This document shows positions 17,560-28,317 of a stretch of DNA of 64,000 nt, in pieces. A program made the position numbers and the translations under genes. Where the stretch lies: the IMG/VR virus record IMGVR_UViG_3300028581_000012; one strand, written 5' to 3'. This DNA is from a virus. Numbering within the stretch: the first letter of the stretch is position 1; every line of letters begins with the position of its first letter. The notes beneath the pieces are model-generated. The model was not told the origin of the DNA. It ran no database searches and saw only the letters and a program-made list of their open reading frames with translations.

Positions 17560-18760
17560 GGTTTTAGTCACCCCTAGCGACCGGACCGGAGTTGGAAAAT
17601 TCCGTTCAGTAGACCCCCACGTTTGTCTTCAAAATAATCACTCAGATGAGTTTCACGTAGATATTGACTACGACCCCAAAATCAATGACTATAACTATTG
17701 GAAACAATATGACATTGTACATTTTCATAGGTCTATAGGTCAAGATTTTGATATGGCGGTTGATTTAATTCAAAAATTAAACTCTATTGGTATTATTACA
17801 ATAATGGATTTAGATGATTATTGGTTACCAACAAAAGAACATCCTATCCATCAGTTAATTGTGCAAAATAAATTAAACCAAAAGATAGTTGCAAATTTAA
17901 AAGTTGCATCACATATAACAACAACTACATCTTTATTTGCTTCAGAAATTTCTAAAATAAATAAAAATGTTCACGTTTTACCAAATGCGATTAACCCAAA
18001 AGAACCTCAGTTTAATTACGAAACAAAACCATCAGAAAAACTTCGTTTTGGTTGGTTAGGGGGTTCTTCACACTTACACGATTTAAAGTTATTAGATGGT
18101 GTTGTAAATAAACTTAAAGACTCAAAAGATAAATATTCTTTACATTTATGTGGTTTTGATACTAGAGGAACTGTAACTGAAATTAACAAACAAACAGGAG
18201 AACAAAAACAAAGACCAATTAAACCTGAAGAAACTGTTTGGGCTCGTTATGAAGAAATTTTTACAGATAACTACAAAATGGTTTCACCACAACATTTAGA
18301 GTATTTAAAAAAGTTTGAAGACGTTGAGTACACCTTAGAACAAGAACCATTTTACAATCGTGTTTGGACCAAACCTGTAACATCTTACGCATCAAATTAT
18401 AGACTTTTTGATGTATCTTTATCCCCTATTAAAAATCATATTTTTAACAGAGTAAAATCACAATTAAAAGTAATTGAAGCTGGATTCTATAAAAAAGCGA
18501 TTATTGCATCAAATATAGGTCCTTATACAATTGATTTAAAACATTCATTAAAAAATGGTCAATTTACAGATGGAAATGCACTTTTAGTAGATGAATCAAG
18601 AAATCATAGTGATTGGGCAAAATATATGAAAAAGTTAATTGATAACCCTAACTTCGCATATGACTTAGGTCAAAAATTGTATGAAACTGTTAAAGACACG
18701 TACGACCTTAATATTGTCACAAAAAATAGAGCAGACCTATATAAATCCCTAATTAAATAA
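17543..18760 (+). CDS. GT-B glycosyltransferase (GT4-like)
   Basis: D.DDYW, LPNAI, GWLGGSSH..DL, FN..KS.LK..EAG, IIASN.GPY. Confidence 0.85.
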   Translation: MSKKIKVLVTPSDRTGVGKFRSVDPHVCLQNNHSDEFHVDIDYDPKINDYNYWKQYDIVHFHRSIGQDFDMAVDLIQKLNSIGIITIMDLDDYWLPTKEHPIHQLIVQNKLNQKIVANLKVASHITTTTSLFASEISKINKNVHVLPNAINPKEPQFNYETKPSEKLRFGWLGGSSHLHDLKLLDGVVNKLKDSKDKYSLHLCGFDTRGTVTEINKQTGEQKQRPIKPEETVWARYEEIFTDNYKMVSPQHLEYLKKFEDVEYTLEQEPFYNRVWTKPVTSYASNYRLFDVSLSPIKNHIFNRVKSQLKVIEAGFYKKAIIASNIGPYTIDLKHSLKNGQFTDGNALLVDESRNHSDWAKYMKKLIDNPNFAYDLGQKLYETVKDTYDLNIVTKNRADLYKSLIK

Positions 18761-18763
18761 AAT

Positions 18764-19006
18764 ATGAACACATTAACACAACAATTAACACCACAAGAAG
18801 TATACGATAACTATATCAATCATCCGTCAACAAACGAAAATTTTATGTTGTTTTATATTATCACTGATGACTCATCATATAAGTTTAAATCACATCAATT
18901 TAATTCAAAAGACGAAACCTATTGTATTTCACTTTTAGAGTCAATTATGGATTTAGAAGGGTTTGCTGGATTTCCTTTTGGTGGTAAAATAACATCAAAT
19001 AATTAA
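18764..19006 (+). CDS. Hypothetical protein
   Basis: ORF track. Confidence 0.55.
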   Translation: MNTLTQQLTPQEVYDNYINHPSTNENFMLFYIITDDSSYKFKSHQFNSKDETYCISLLESIMDLEGFAGFPFGGKITSNN

Positions 19007-19012
19007 ATAAAA

Positions 19013-19741
19013 ATGATTAATATTCCTATAACAAAAATTTTATTTTTAGATATCGAAACTGTAGGTATCTGTAAAGACTGGTCTACTTGTCAAAAAACAA
19101 ACCCAACTATTGCGGAACAATTTGTTAAATACTTTGATTGGTTTTTAAAAAGATTCCCTGAAGATGATGTTGAAACAAACGGGTTAGAAGATGAAATGCA
19201 AAAAATGAATGATGTCTATTCATTACGTACCGCGTTAGTGCCTGAGTTTGCAAAAATTGTTTGTGTGTCAATGGCATTTGTTTTAGAAAATGGTGAGGTT
19301 AAAAAACAAACATTTAAAAACGATGATGAAGAAAAACTTCTTTTGGAAGTGAGAAATCTTTTGGACCGTTGTCATAAATTGGATTTTTATCTTTGTGGTC
19401 ACAACCTTAAAAACTTTGACATACCGATGTTAGCTAAACGTATGATTGTAAATGGTATTATGCCATCTAAAATACTACCGTCTTACGATACTAAACCTTG
19501 GGAAGTTAAAGCCATTGACACTAAAGAAATATGGCAATACGGAGCGTACACCTCAATTGGTTCTTTAGATTTAATGTGCTCTTGTTTAGATATACCAACA
19601 CCTAAAGATGGCGAAATCAATGGAGGAATGGTTCATTCGGCTTATTGGGAGTCTAACAGATTAGATGAAATTGCAAAATATTGTGAAAAAGATGTTGATG
19701 TATTAATTTCAACAATAAAAAAATTAAAATCATTAAAATAA
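19013..19741 (+). CDS. Stand-alone PolB-type 3'-5' exonuclease (DEDD)
   Basis: FLDIET, GHNLKNFDIP, YCEKDV. Confidence 0.88.
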   Translation: MINIPITKILFLDIETVGICKDWSTCQKTNPTIAEQFVKYFDWFLKRFPEDDVETNGLEDEMQKMNDVYSLRTALVPEFAKIVCVSMAFVLENGEVKKQTFKNDDEEKLLLEVRNLLDRCHKLDFYLCGHNLKNFDIPMLAKRMIVNGIMPSKILPSYDTKPWEVKAIDTKEIWQYGAYTSIGSLDLMCSCLDIPTPKDGEINGGMVHSAYWESNRLDEIAKYCEKDVDVLISTIKKLKSLK

Positions 19742-20340
19742 TGTTTGATAAAATAAAAGATATTAAAAGTAGCGTGAAGGCACTTAAAGACCTTCAAACA
19801 CAGTTTGGTGATGTGGATATGTCAAACCCTGAAGCGATGTTAAAGTCTATGGGTGTTGATATGAATGACTTAAACCAACATTTTGAAAGTCAATTTACAA
19901 GTTCAGTTGAATTAAAATTTATTAATGAAAGTGAAAATGTTAATCCTGAATATGCTTACAAAAGTGATTCAGGTTTTGATTTAAGAGCGTCGGAAGATGT
20001 TTGGGTTTTTCCAAACTCAAGGTCATTAGTACCAACCGGTCTAAAATTCAATATTCCTGACGGATATGAAATCCAAGTTAGGTCAAAAAGTGGTTTGGCA
20101 TTAAACCAAGGACTATTCGTTTTAAATTCACCAGGAACCGTTGATAGTGGTTATTTAGGTGAAGTTAAAGTTATTATTTTTAATACAACAACAGAAAAAG
20201 TAAAAATAGTAAAAGGTCAGAAAATCGCACAAGCCGTTCTTTGTCCTGTGGTAAATGGTAAATGGGTTTCTTTAATTCAAACAAAAAGTATGGATGACAA
20301 AGACAGAAACGATAATGGATTTGGAAGTACTGGTCTATGA
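19741..20340 (+). CDS. dut: Trimeric dUTPase with N-terminal extension
   Basis: SGFDL, RSKSGLA, GTVDSGYLGE, IAQ, R..NGFGSTG. Confidence 0.95.
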   Translation: MFDKIKDIKSSVKALKDLQTQFGDVDMSNPEAMLKSMGVDMNDLNQHFESQFTSSVELKFINESENVNPEYAYKSDSGFDLRASEDVWVFPNSRSLVPTGLKFNIPDGYEIQVRSKSGLALNQGLFVLNSPGTVDSGYLGEVKVIIFNTTTEKVKIVKGQKIAQAVLCPVVNGKWVSLIQTKSMDDKDRNDNGFGSTGL

Positions 20341-20489
20341 AAGATAAAAAAAAACTGTGTGAAGAAATATATAAAACTAAAATCGAATTAGTGATGTCAA
20401 AAAAAAATGATGGGTGGTGGAATATTCACATGAAAGAAAAACTAAACCTTTTAGTAGAAGAATTGAAAAAATTAAATTTAGAATGTTAA
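20337..20489 (+). CDS. Small hypothetical protein, 50 aa
   Basis: Manual ORF MKDKKKLCEEIYKTKIELVMSKKNDGWWNIH...; ATGA overlap with the dut stop, and its end overlaps the next ATG (20483). Confidence 0.5.
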   Translation: MKDKKKLCEEIYKTKIELVMSKKNDGWWNIHMKEKLNLLVEELKKLNLEC

Positions 20490-22120
20490 CAGTAGGATTT
20501 TCAACAAGAAAAGTGGACGACAATTTTGTGTCCATGTTAAAAAAAACATCAGGAGTTTCTAAAATTGAAATATTACCTGTTGAAAACAATGGTGAATTTT
20601 CACTAAGTCAGGTTTACAACAAATTGATAGAGAAATCTGAAAATGACATTATTGTTCTATGTCACGATGATATATATTTTGATAGCAAAAATTGGGGTTC
20701 CAAAATATTAAATTATTTTAAAAGAAATTCTGATTATGGCATTCTTGGTGTTGCAGGGTCAACTTCACTTCCATCATCAGGCAAATGGTGGGAAGACTTT
20801 TCAAAATTAAAAGGAATTGTCAATCACGAACACGATGGAAAAAAATGGGAATCTAAATATTCTACAAGTCTTGGAAATCAATTAGACAACGTTTTACTTG
20901 TTGATGGTCTTTTTCTTGCAATAAATAAAAAAAATATCAAAAAGAATTTCAACGAAGACGTAAAAGGATTTCATTTTTATGATGTGGACTTTTCATTTAG
21001 AAACCATTTGGAAGGAGTTAAAATTGGTGTTATGTATGATGTAAGAATTACACATAAATCAATCGGGATGACAAATGAACAATGGGAAAAAAATAGAGAA
21101 GAATTTGCAGAAAAATTTAAAGATGTTTTACCATTAAAAATTAAAAGAAATTTAACTTTAGAATCACCATTGAAAGTTATGTTGTCATGTTTGTTTTTCA
21201 AAACTTTTACAGGTTCAGAAATGTATGTTTATGAATTGGCAAGAGGGTTAAAAAAATTAAATTGTGATGTTACGGTTGTGTCTGATATTAATGGACCTCT
21301 ATCACAATTGGCAAAACAACAAGGAATTAAAGTTTTACCTTTTCAACAATCGCCCGGATATAAGTTGGGTGATGGTAAATGGGGGTTTAACACACCAGAA
21401 GGGTTTAAACCAACACAACCAAATGTAATGTATAAAATATCTGATGTTAATTTTGATATTATACATACTCAACATACACCTGTATCAAATCAAATTTGTC
21501 AGATGTATCCAAATATTAATAAAATATCAACAATACATTCAGAAGTTATTGAGTTAGAAAATCCGATATTACACGAATCAATTAAAAAATATGTTTGCAT
21601 AAGACCTGAAATTCAAGAACATATTATAGAAAAATTTAATATTGATACAAGTAATACTGAAGTTGTTTATAATCCAATTGATTCAAAAAGATTTAATACC
21701 AATAATACAAAAGATGAAAACTACATTTTATTTGTTGGAACAATTGATTACTTAAGAGAAAACGCAATTAGAGATTTGGTTTCATATTCTAAAGAAGTGG
21801 GAAAAGAATTATGGTTGGTGGGAGAAAATAAATCAAACTACCTTGATGACTTGTTAACTAATCAACACGTAAAACATTCCAATGCAACAAGTAGAGTTGA
21901 AACGTTTGTTAAAAACTGTTCAGAAACTGCAGGAATACTTCTTGGAAGAACAACCATTGAAGGTTGGATGTGTGGAAAACCTGGATGGATTTACAATGTT
22001 GAAAGTAGTGGATATATTGTAGATAAAAAATTACACGAACCTCCAAGTGATATTGAAAAATTTGATTCATTGGAAGTAAGTAAAAAAATAAAAGAATTAT
22101 ATATTAAAATTTTAAATTAA
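20483..22120 (+). CDS. Bifunctional glycosyltransferase (GT-A/GT2-like + GT-B/GT4-like)
   Basis: CHDDI, VDGLF, FHFYDVD (GT-A); TGSEMY..ELA and later GT-B motifs. Start moved to ATG 20483 (MLTVGFST). Confidence 0.82.
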   Translation: MLTVGFSTRKVDDNFVSMLKKTSGVSKIEILPVENNGEFSLSQVYNKLIEKSENDIIVLCHDDIYFDSKNWGSKILNYFKRNSDYGILGVAGSTSLPSSGKWWEDFSKLKGIVNHEHDGKKWESKYSTSLGNQLDNVLLVDGLFLAINKKNIKKNFNEDVKGFHFYDVDFSFRNHLEGVKIGVMYDVRITHKSIGMTNEQWEKNREEFAEKFKDVLPLKIKRNLTLESPLKVMLSCLFFKTFTGSEMYVYELARGLKKLNCDVTVVSDINGPLSQLAKQQGIKVLPFQQSPGYKLGDGKWGFNTPEGFKPTQPNVMYKISDVNFDIIHTQHTPVSNQICQMYPNINKISTIHSEVIELENPILHESIKKYVCIRPEIQEHIIEKFNIDTSNTEVVYNPIDSKRFNTNNTKDENYILFVGTIDYLRENAIRDLVSYSKEVGKELWLVGENKSNYLDDLLTNQHVKHSNATSRVETFVKNCSETAGILLGRTTIEGWMCGKPGWIYNVESSGYIVDKKLHEPPSDIEKFDSLEVSKKIKELYIKILN

Positions 22121-22840
22121 ATGAGTTTAGTTATTTTAACAACAACATATAACTGTCAAGATTATATTGAAAAATGTTTGGCAACCATAATGACACAAAC
22201 ACATAAAGATTTTAGATGTTTTATTACCGATGACATGTCGACTGACCAAACCGTTAATAAAATAAAAAATTTTATAAAAGAGGATAATAGATTCATTTTA
22301 ATTGAAAACAAAAACAAAATGTACCAGCCGGGTAATTATGACCAAGTAATAAGAGGAAACTATGGGGTAGAAGATGATGATATTTGTATTGAGGTAGATG
22401 GTGATGATTGGTTACCCGATAGCAAAGTTTTTGAAAGAATAGTGAATCATTATAATAGTGGTGACATTTGGCTGGCAAATGGTTCTTTTAAATACCACGA
22501 TGGTAGAATGGGATTTGCTCAACCATATACAAGTTTTGATAATATTAGAAATGAGACGTTTACGTTAACACACCTTAGGACTTGGAAAGTTTTTTTATGG
22601 AGAAAAATAAATCAAGATGATTTGAAAAATCATGATGGGGAGTATTGGAGCGTTGCTGGGGATTTATCATTCATGTACCCGATGGCCGAAATGAGTGGTA
22701 TTGAGCATTATAAATTTATGTCTGAAATTAATTACATTTATAATGAAAGTAACCCAATTAATGACCACAAAGTTAATATGGAAAAAATTTTAAAAATTGT
22801 TAATATCATAAGAAATAAAAAACCATATACTAAGTTATGA
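22121..22840 (+). CDS. GT2 glycosyltransferase
   Basis: TTYN....I..CL, DDMSTD, VDGDDWL. Confidence 0.9.
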   Translation: MSLVILTTTYNCQDYIEKCLATIMTQTHKDFRCFITDDMSTDQTVNKIKNFIKEDNRFILIENKNKMYQPGNYDQVIRGNYGVEDDDICIEVDGDDWLPDSKVFERIVNHYNSGDIWLANGSFKYHDGRMGFAQPYTSFDNIRNETFTLTHLRTWKVFLWRKINQDDLKNHDGEYWSVAGDLSFMYPMAEMSGIEHYKFMSEINYIYNESNPINDHKVNMEKILKIVNIIRNKKPYTKL

Positions 22841-23640
22841 TATATTGTAATTTGAAAGGGGGTTTAGGAAATATGTTTTTTCAAATTGCAGCTACTAAAT
22901 CCTTATCAATCGATAATAACACCAATTGCTCATTTCCAAACTTACATCATCATTTATCTTATTTAGATTTAGAAAATACTCACAACCCAAAATTAAATCA
23001 TAGTAATGAGTATATAAAAATTTTTAAAAATTTAAAAACAGATAACGTAACAAACCCACAACCGCAAATAATTAAATATCCCTTTGAGTTTATTGAAACC
23101 GACCCAATCACACAAGATGTTTTCATAGATGGGTTTTTTCAGAGTGAAAAGTATTTTAAACACAATCGTACACATATAATAGATTTTATTGATTTTAGTT
23201 TTATTGATAAAGAATACCTTTTTGAAAAATACCCAATAATTTTTCAAAAAAATTGTACATCACTTCATATTAGGAGGGGAGATTATTTAAATTTCCCAAA
23301 CCATCACCCCACACAGAGCTTAGAATATTACCTTTGTGCGGTTGAAAAATTAAAAAATATTACTGATATGTTTGTAACATTTAGTGACGACATAGAATGG
23401 TGTAAGAAAAATTTAAATCTACCCAACTCACTTTACATTGAAAATGAAAAGGATTATATTGAAATGTATTTAATGAGTTTGTGTAGGAATAATATTATTT
23501 CTAACTCTTCATTTTCTTGGTGGGGAGCATGGTTAAATAATAACCCTTTTAAAAAAGTCATTGGACCTTTAAAATGGTTTGGAGAATCAATACATCATAA
23601 CACAGGGGATATATTACCCGAAAATTGGATTAGGTTTTAA
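22837..23640 (+). CDS. Alpha-1,2-fucosyltransferase-like (GT11)
   Basis: GGLGNMFFQ, GFFQSEKYF, HIRRGDY, FSDDIEWC, NSSFSWWGAWL. Confidence 0.92.
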   Translation: MIYCNLKGGLGNMFFQIAATKSLSIDNNTNCSFPNLHHHLSYLDLENTHNPKLNHSNEYIKIFKNLKTDNVTNPQPQIIKYPFEFIETDPITQDVFIDGFFQSEKYFKHNRTHIIDFIDFSFIDKEYLFEKYPIIFQKNCTSLHIRRGDYLNFPNHHPTQSLEYYLCAVEKLKNITDMFVTFSDDIEWCKKNLNLPNSLYIENEKDYIEMYLMSLCRNNIISNSSFSWWGAWLNNNPFKKVIGPLKWFGESIHHNTGDILPENWIRF

Positions 23641-23643
23641 AAA

Positions 23644-24063
23644 ATGGAAAAAATTTATTCAAAAATTGAAAAAGGAAAACTATTACATGTTATTAATAGA
23701 TTATCTGAAATACAAGGAAGAACTGAAATTGTCCCAGAAGATAATTTTATTCAGTGTGCCACATTAAGAATGGAAAGGAGAAAAACTTTCCCGCCACACA
23801 AACACATAACCAAAGATAGACACCACCCAAAACAAATTGCACAAGAATCTTGGGTGGTTATAAAAGGTCGTGTTAAATGTATATTATACGACATTGATGA
23901 TACAATAATATCAACGCCAATTTTAGGTGCTGGTGATGCCAGCTTCACACTATATGGTGGGCACACATACGAGATTTTAGAAGATGATACGATTGTTTAT
24001 GAGTATAAAACAGGACCTTATGAAGGTCAATCCTTAGATAAAACCTTCATTAAGAATGACTAA
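23644..24063 (+). CDS. Cupin-fold protein (WbuC-like / sugar isomerase-epimerase)
   Basis: PHKH...QE..V..KG, GGH...ILED...E.K.GPY. Confidence 0.75.
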   Translation: MEKIYSKIEKGKLLHVINRLSEIQGRTEIVPEDNFIQCATLRMERRKTFPPHKHITKDRHHPKQIAQESWVVIKGRVKCILYDIDDTIISTPILGAGDASFTLYGGHTYEILEDDTIVYEYKTGPYEGQSLDKTFIKND

Positions 24064-24913
24064 TTTTTATCGTATAGCACCTATCAATCATGGATGGGGA
24101 TTTGGGTATGGATTTTTTTCAAACTATAGAATTTGTTTGGAGCAATTAATCCATCATCACGAAACTGGAGGTAATGGTATACCATATATCGATTGGGGTC
24201 AAACAACTTGGGTTGAGGGATTTAATCCGTTTGAATCAACAACATTAGTCCCTAATGGCAATCCTTTTGATTTTTGGTTTGACCAAAAGATACCGAGTCC
24301 CGAAGATTCGGTTAACTTTTGTACCAACAAACCTAGACCAGATTTAATTGACCATAGTAAACATTACTTTGATGAGCCATCGGAATTAAACCGACAACAA
24401 ACAATTGATAAATTATATATTAAACCTAAACAATATATTTTAGATAAAATTGACAAAATATATGAACAAGAATTAAAAGGTCATGTGGTATTAGGTGTTA
24501 TGGCCAGAGGTACTGAATATAACCTACATCACCCAATGTACGGGGTGTTTGATGTAAATGATTACATTAAAGAAATCAGTAAGATACTGGATGAAAACCC
24601 AAAAATAACAAAACTTTTAATTGTCAGTGAAGACATGGAATATATTAATGAACTACATAAAAAATTTCCGTCATCTTATTTTATGCCTAACGTTTTTAGA
24701 AGAACAGATGAATCGATGGAGTATATTAACCAAGTTCATTGTTGGCCAAATGTTAGTACAAAAAGACCCGACCATTGTAAGTTATTAGGTGAAGAAACAA
24801 TAATACAAGCTAAATTATTAGGTAAATGTGATTATTTGTTTGGTCGACTATCAGGTGTTTTAGCGGGTGCTGTGATTTGGAATGAAAATATAAAACAAGT
24901 ATTCAAAATTTAA
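24056..24913 (+). CDS. NodZ/FUT8-like (GT23-type) fucosyltransferase
   Basis: GFFSN, LGV.ARGTE, LIVSED, LL.KCDYL...SGV. Confidence 0.65.
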   Translation: MTNFYRIAPINHGWGFGYGFFSNYRICLEQLIHHHETGGNGIPYIDWGQTTWVEGFNPFESTTLVPNGNPFDFWFDQKIPSPEDSVNFCTNKPRPDLIDHSKHYFDEPSELNRQQTIDKLYIKPKQYILDKIDKIYEQELKGHVVLGVMARGTEYNLHHPMYGVFDVNDYIKEISKILDENPKITKLLIVSEDMEYINELHKKFPSSYFMPNVFRRTDESMEYINQVHCWPNVSTKRPDHCKLLGEETIIQAKLLGKCDYLFGRLSGVLAGAVIWNENIKQVFKI

Positions 24914-24915
24914 TT

Positions 24916-25494
24916 ATGACAAGAACAGAAATTATCCAATTTTTAATAAATAAAACGAATGGAAAAAAATATCTAGAAATAGGTATGGGGCCAGGAATTA
25001 ATTTTAATAACATTCAATGTGAATATAAAATTTGTGTTGACCCAACACCTACTGTTCCTGTGACATTTAGATTAACTTCGGATGACTTTTTTGACCAAAA
25101 CAATGAAACTTTTGATATTATTTTTATTGATGGTTTACATTGGTCCGAGCAAGTTTATAAAGATATTAATAATTCGTTACGTGTTTTAAACGATGGTGGA
25201 TTTATTATTTGCCACGACATGAACCCACATTCAGAGTTTATTCAAAGATATCCCCAACCAAAGTTGGAATCTGAATGGACTGGTGATTGTTGGAAAGCTT
25301 GGGTCAAACTAAAAACAGAACGTGATGATTTGTATATGGTGGTAGTTGATACAGATTACGGATGTGGGATTATCAAAAAAGGTAAACAAAAAATCATAAC
25401 AATTGATTCAGAATTAACGTGGGAAATGTTAGAAAATGATAGAATTAGATTATTAAATTTGATTTCTGTTGAAGATTTTAAAAAAACGATATGA
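24916..25494 (+). CDS. Class I SAM-dependent methyltransferase (Methyltransf_24-like)
   Basis: YLEIG, VDP, TSDDFF, FDIIFIDGLH, GGFIICHD. Confidence 0.85.
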   Translation: MTRTEIIQFLINKTNGKKYLEIGMGPGINFNNIQCEYKICVDPTPTVPVTFRLTSDDFFDQNNETFDIIFIDGLHWSEQVYKDINNSLRVLNDGGFIICHDMNPHSEFIQRYPQPKLESEWTGDCWKAWVKLKTERDDLYMVVVDTDYGCGIIKKGKQKIITIDSELTWEMLENDRIRLLNLISVEDFKKTI

Positions 25495-26018
25495 TTAATA
25501 TAATTGGTGATGACGTGTTTATTGATAACGATGTATTATCTAAACAAAATTTAACTATAAGTGGTTCACATGTTGCAATAGATAAAGGTGTATATTGCTC
25601 AACAAACGTCACAATAGGTGATTATGTACATATTAGTCCATACGTTACAATTATAGGTGGAAAAAATAGTTCTTTTACGGCAAAAGGTTTTAATAACATA
25701 ATGGCAGGTGCTAGAATTATTTGTGGTTCAGATAGATTTGATGATAGTGGTTTATTTGGCGCTATGATTCCTGATGATTTAAAAGGTAGTCAAATAATCA
25801 AACCCGTTATTATGGAAAAGTTTTCTAATATTGGGACAAACGCGATTGTATTACCTGGGTCAATACTTAGACGTGGGGTACTTTTAACCGCAGGTAGCTT
25901 ACTTATTGGTGATACTGAAGAATGGGGGGTTTACAAAGGTAACCCCGCCGTATTAGTAAAAAAAATAAATTCAGAAAAGATAATTGAAAACTATAAAAAA
26001 TTAGGTTATGAAATATAA
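25491..26018 (+). CDS. Hexapeptide-repeat (LbH) sugar acyltransferase
   Basis: IGDYVHISPYV.I.G, IGTNAIVLPG, GNPA. Confidence 0.85.
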   Translation: MINIIGDDVFIDNDVLSKQNLTISGSHVAIDKGVYCSTNVTIGDYVHISPYVTIIGGKNSSFTAKGFNNIMAGARIICGSDRFDDSGLFGAMIPDDLKGSQIIKPVIMEKFSNIGTNAIVLPGSILRRGVLLTAGSLLIGDTEEWGVYKGNPAVLVKKINSEKIIENYKKLGYEI

Positions 26019-26835
26019 TTTACAATTTGTAAAAATATCACCATCACACCAGTTTGCTGGCGTTGGTTTTGCTGGTAACATATTTATTACGTTAAACGCT
26101 TTAACACATATAAATTTAGATGATAAGTTACACGTTGATATGGAAACAAATGAATGTGTTTGTACGGAAATTGGCTCAACTATTCACAACACAAATAATT
26201 GTTGGGAATATTACTTTGAGCAAACAAAAATAAATGAAGGTGAGGCATTCACCAACATGAATAGTCTGATTTCTGCTAAGATAAATTATGAGGACAGAGA
26301 AATGTTTATGTATCCGCAAAACTTCATTGAATTGAAAAATAAATTTTACAATTCGTTTCAATTAAAGACTTATTTGAAAGAAATGTTAGAAGACTTTTAT
26401 GTTAATAATATTGAGGGAAAGACTACTTTAGGTGTTCAAGTTAGATTAACAGACATGAAACATTATCATAATGTTTCAACTATTGACAAATACCTTGACA
26501 AAATAAATAATATTTTGGTTGAAAAACCAGAAATAAAACAGATTTTTTTAGCAACAGATGACGGTACGATAATAAAAAACATAAAAGAAAGTGTTAAAAT
26601 ACCCGTTATATATTATAAAGATATGTTCAGAGCAGATGAACAGAACCCTCACCTACACCCATATGATAGGTTTATTGGGAATAGAGAACAACACAAATAC
26701 AAACTAGGTATTGAGTGTATTCAAGAAATATTTACATTAGCAAAATGTGATTATATGTTAAAGGCAGATGTTTCTTCAGTATCTATTATTGCTAGTATTT
26801 TAGCAGAAAACATAAAACAAGTTTATAGAGTATGA
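26008..26835 (+). CDS. NodZ/FUT8-like (GT23-type) fucosyltransferase
   Basis: LGVQVRLTD, IFLATDD, LAKCDYML...SSVS. Confidence 0.7.
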   Translation: MKYNLQFVKISPSHQFAGVGFAGNIFITLNALTHINLDDKLHVDMETNECVCTEIGSTIHNTNNCWEYYFEQTKINEGEAFTNMNSLISAKINYEDREMFMYPQNFIELKNKFYNSFQLKTYLKEMLEDFYVNNIEGKTTLGVQVRLTDMKHYHNVSTIDKYLDKINNILVEKPEIKQIFLATDDGTIIKNIKESVKIPVIYYKDMFRADEQNPHLHPYDRFIGNREQHKYKLGIECIQEIFTLAKCDYMLKADVSSVSIIASILAENIKQVYRV

Positions 26836-27530
26836 TTTATATAATTGGTGATAGTCATGTTTCAGTTTTTTCGGGCACCGATAAGACACATGATGGGTTG
26901 AGGCACATTCAACCAGAATTTGGGACGTGTTACACACTGTCTTCGGGTCAATTAAGACCTTTAATTAATCGTTTTGAACAAAGAATACCGTATTTTTGTC
27001 CTATCAAAATTGGGTCAAATACTGCATATAATTCTTTTGATAAATTACCAAGAATAGAACAAGCAATATTAGAATATGGTGTTAGTGAAAAAGATTATGT
27101 TTTTACGTGTTTTGGTGAAATAGACATAAGAAACCACATTGGATTTAATGCTGATAGACAAGGTATTACTTTTGAAGAAGGTATTAAAATTTGTATTGAT
27201 AGGTATATGGAAACAGTTTTATATTTAAAAAACAAAGGTATTAATGTGGGTGTTTATGGGTCACCGGCATCATCTGTTGGTAGACAAACACCGATTGACT
27301 ATGGTGAAGTCGTTTTTAGAAATAATATGACGTTGATTTTTAATAGTTATCTAAATAATAAATGTATTGAAAACAATATACCTTTTGTAGATATATCAAA
27401 ATCTCTAATGTTACCGGATGGGACAACGGACCCAAAATTCATTATGGATGACATACACTTATCACAAGAGGCGATGCCACTATTGATTAAGGCCTTTTCA
27501 AAATATATAGATGAACAGACAAGAAATTAA
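26832..27530 (+). CDS. SGNH/GDSL-family hydrolase or O-acyltransferase
   Basis: IGDSH, FGEIDIR, DDIH. Confidence 0.75.
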   Translation: MIYIIGDSHVSVFSGTDKTHDGLRHIQPEFGTCYTLSSGQLRPLINRFEQRIPYFCPIKIGSNTAYNSFDKLPRIEQAILEYGVSEKDYVFTCFGEIDIRNHIGFNADRQGITFEEGIKICIDRYMETVLYLKNKGINVGVYGSPASSVGRQTPIDYGEVVFRNNMTLIFNSYLNNKCIENNIPFVDISKSLMLPDGTTDPKFIMDDIHLSQEAMPLLIKAFSKYIDEQTRN

Positions 27531-28317
27531 TTTAATAGGTGGTGGTTTCCAACACAGCCCATCAACATCAGGTTTTGACCCATTATACATAAAATGGGTC
27601 AAAGGTGTTCAAACGGCACCAATATCAATCTATGTTGACCAAGGGTTAACGTCACCAACTAATCCAAATACAAAAAATTATGGATGGTTATCTGAATCAA
27701 AAACAATAATTAACGATTTATATGAATGGGCTAAAAATAATGTTGATTATTTAAAACAAAACTTTATTTTGGTATTCACACACGATGTAGAGTTAGCCAA
27801 ATATTCTGATATTTTTGCATTAACTCAATGTAGCGGCAAATCATTTATTAATGAAGGTGAAATTTACAAAAAAACAAAAATAGTTTCAATGATTGCATCT
27901 AATAAAGTAATATGTAGTGAACACGTTTTTAGACAACAAATGATTAATAAATTTTCAAACCAATGTGACCATTATGGTAGAGGTTTTAGAGAATTATCAA
28001 ACAAAGAAGATGGTTTAAGAGATTATTGTTTTTCTATCACAATGGAAAATGGGACTTATTCGAATATGTTTACTGAAAAAATTACTGATTGTTTTATGAC
28101 TGGAACTATACCAGTTTATTACGGAATACCCAACATAGGTGATTTTTTCAACAAAGATGGTATTATTGTATTAAATGAAGAATTTAAAATTGAAGATTTA
28201 TCTTTTGATTTATATAATTCAAAAATAAATGCAGTCATAGACAACTTTAAAAGGGCGAAAGATTTATTGGTCGCCGAAGATTATATATATTTAAAATACA
28301 TTAAAAATGAAATTTAA
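27511..28317 (+). CDS. GT10 (alpha-1,3/4-fucosyltransferase)-like protein
   Basis: SMIASNK, Y.FSITMEN, FTEKI.DCF..GTIPVY.G. Confidence 0.8.
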   Translation: MNRQEINLIGGGFQHSPSTSGFDPLYIKWVKGVQTAPISIYVDQGLTSPTNPNTKNYGWLSESKTIINDLYEWAKNNVDYLKQNFILVFTHDVELAKYSDIFALTQCSGKSFINEGEIYKKTKIVSMIASNKVICSEHVFRQQMINKFSNQCDHYGRGFRELSNKEDGLRDYCFSITMENGTYSNMFTEKITDCFMTGTIPVYYGIPNIGDFFNKDGIIVLNEEFKIEDLSFDLYNSKINAVIDNFKRAKDLLVAEDYIYLKYIKNEI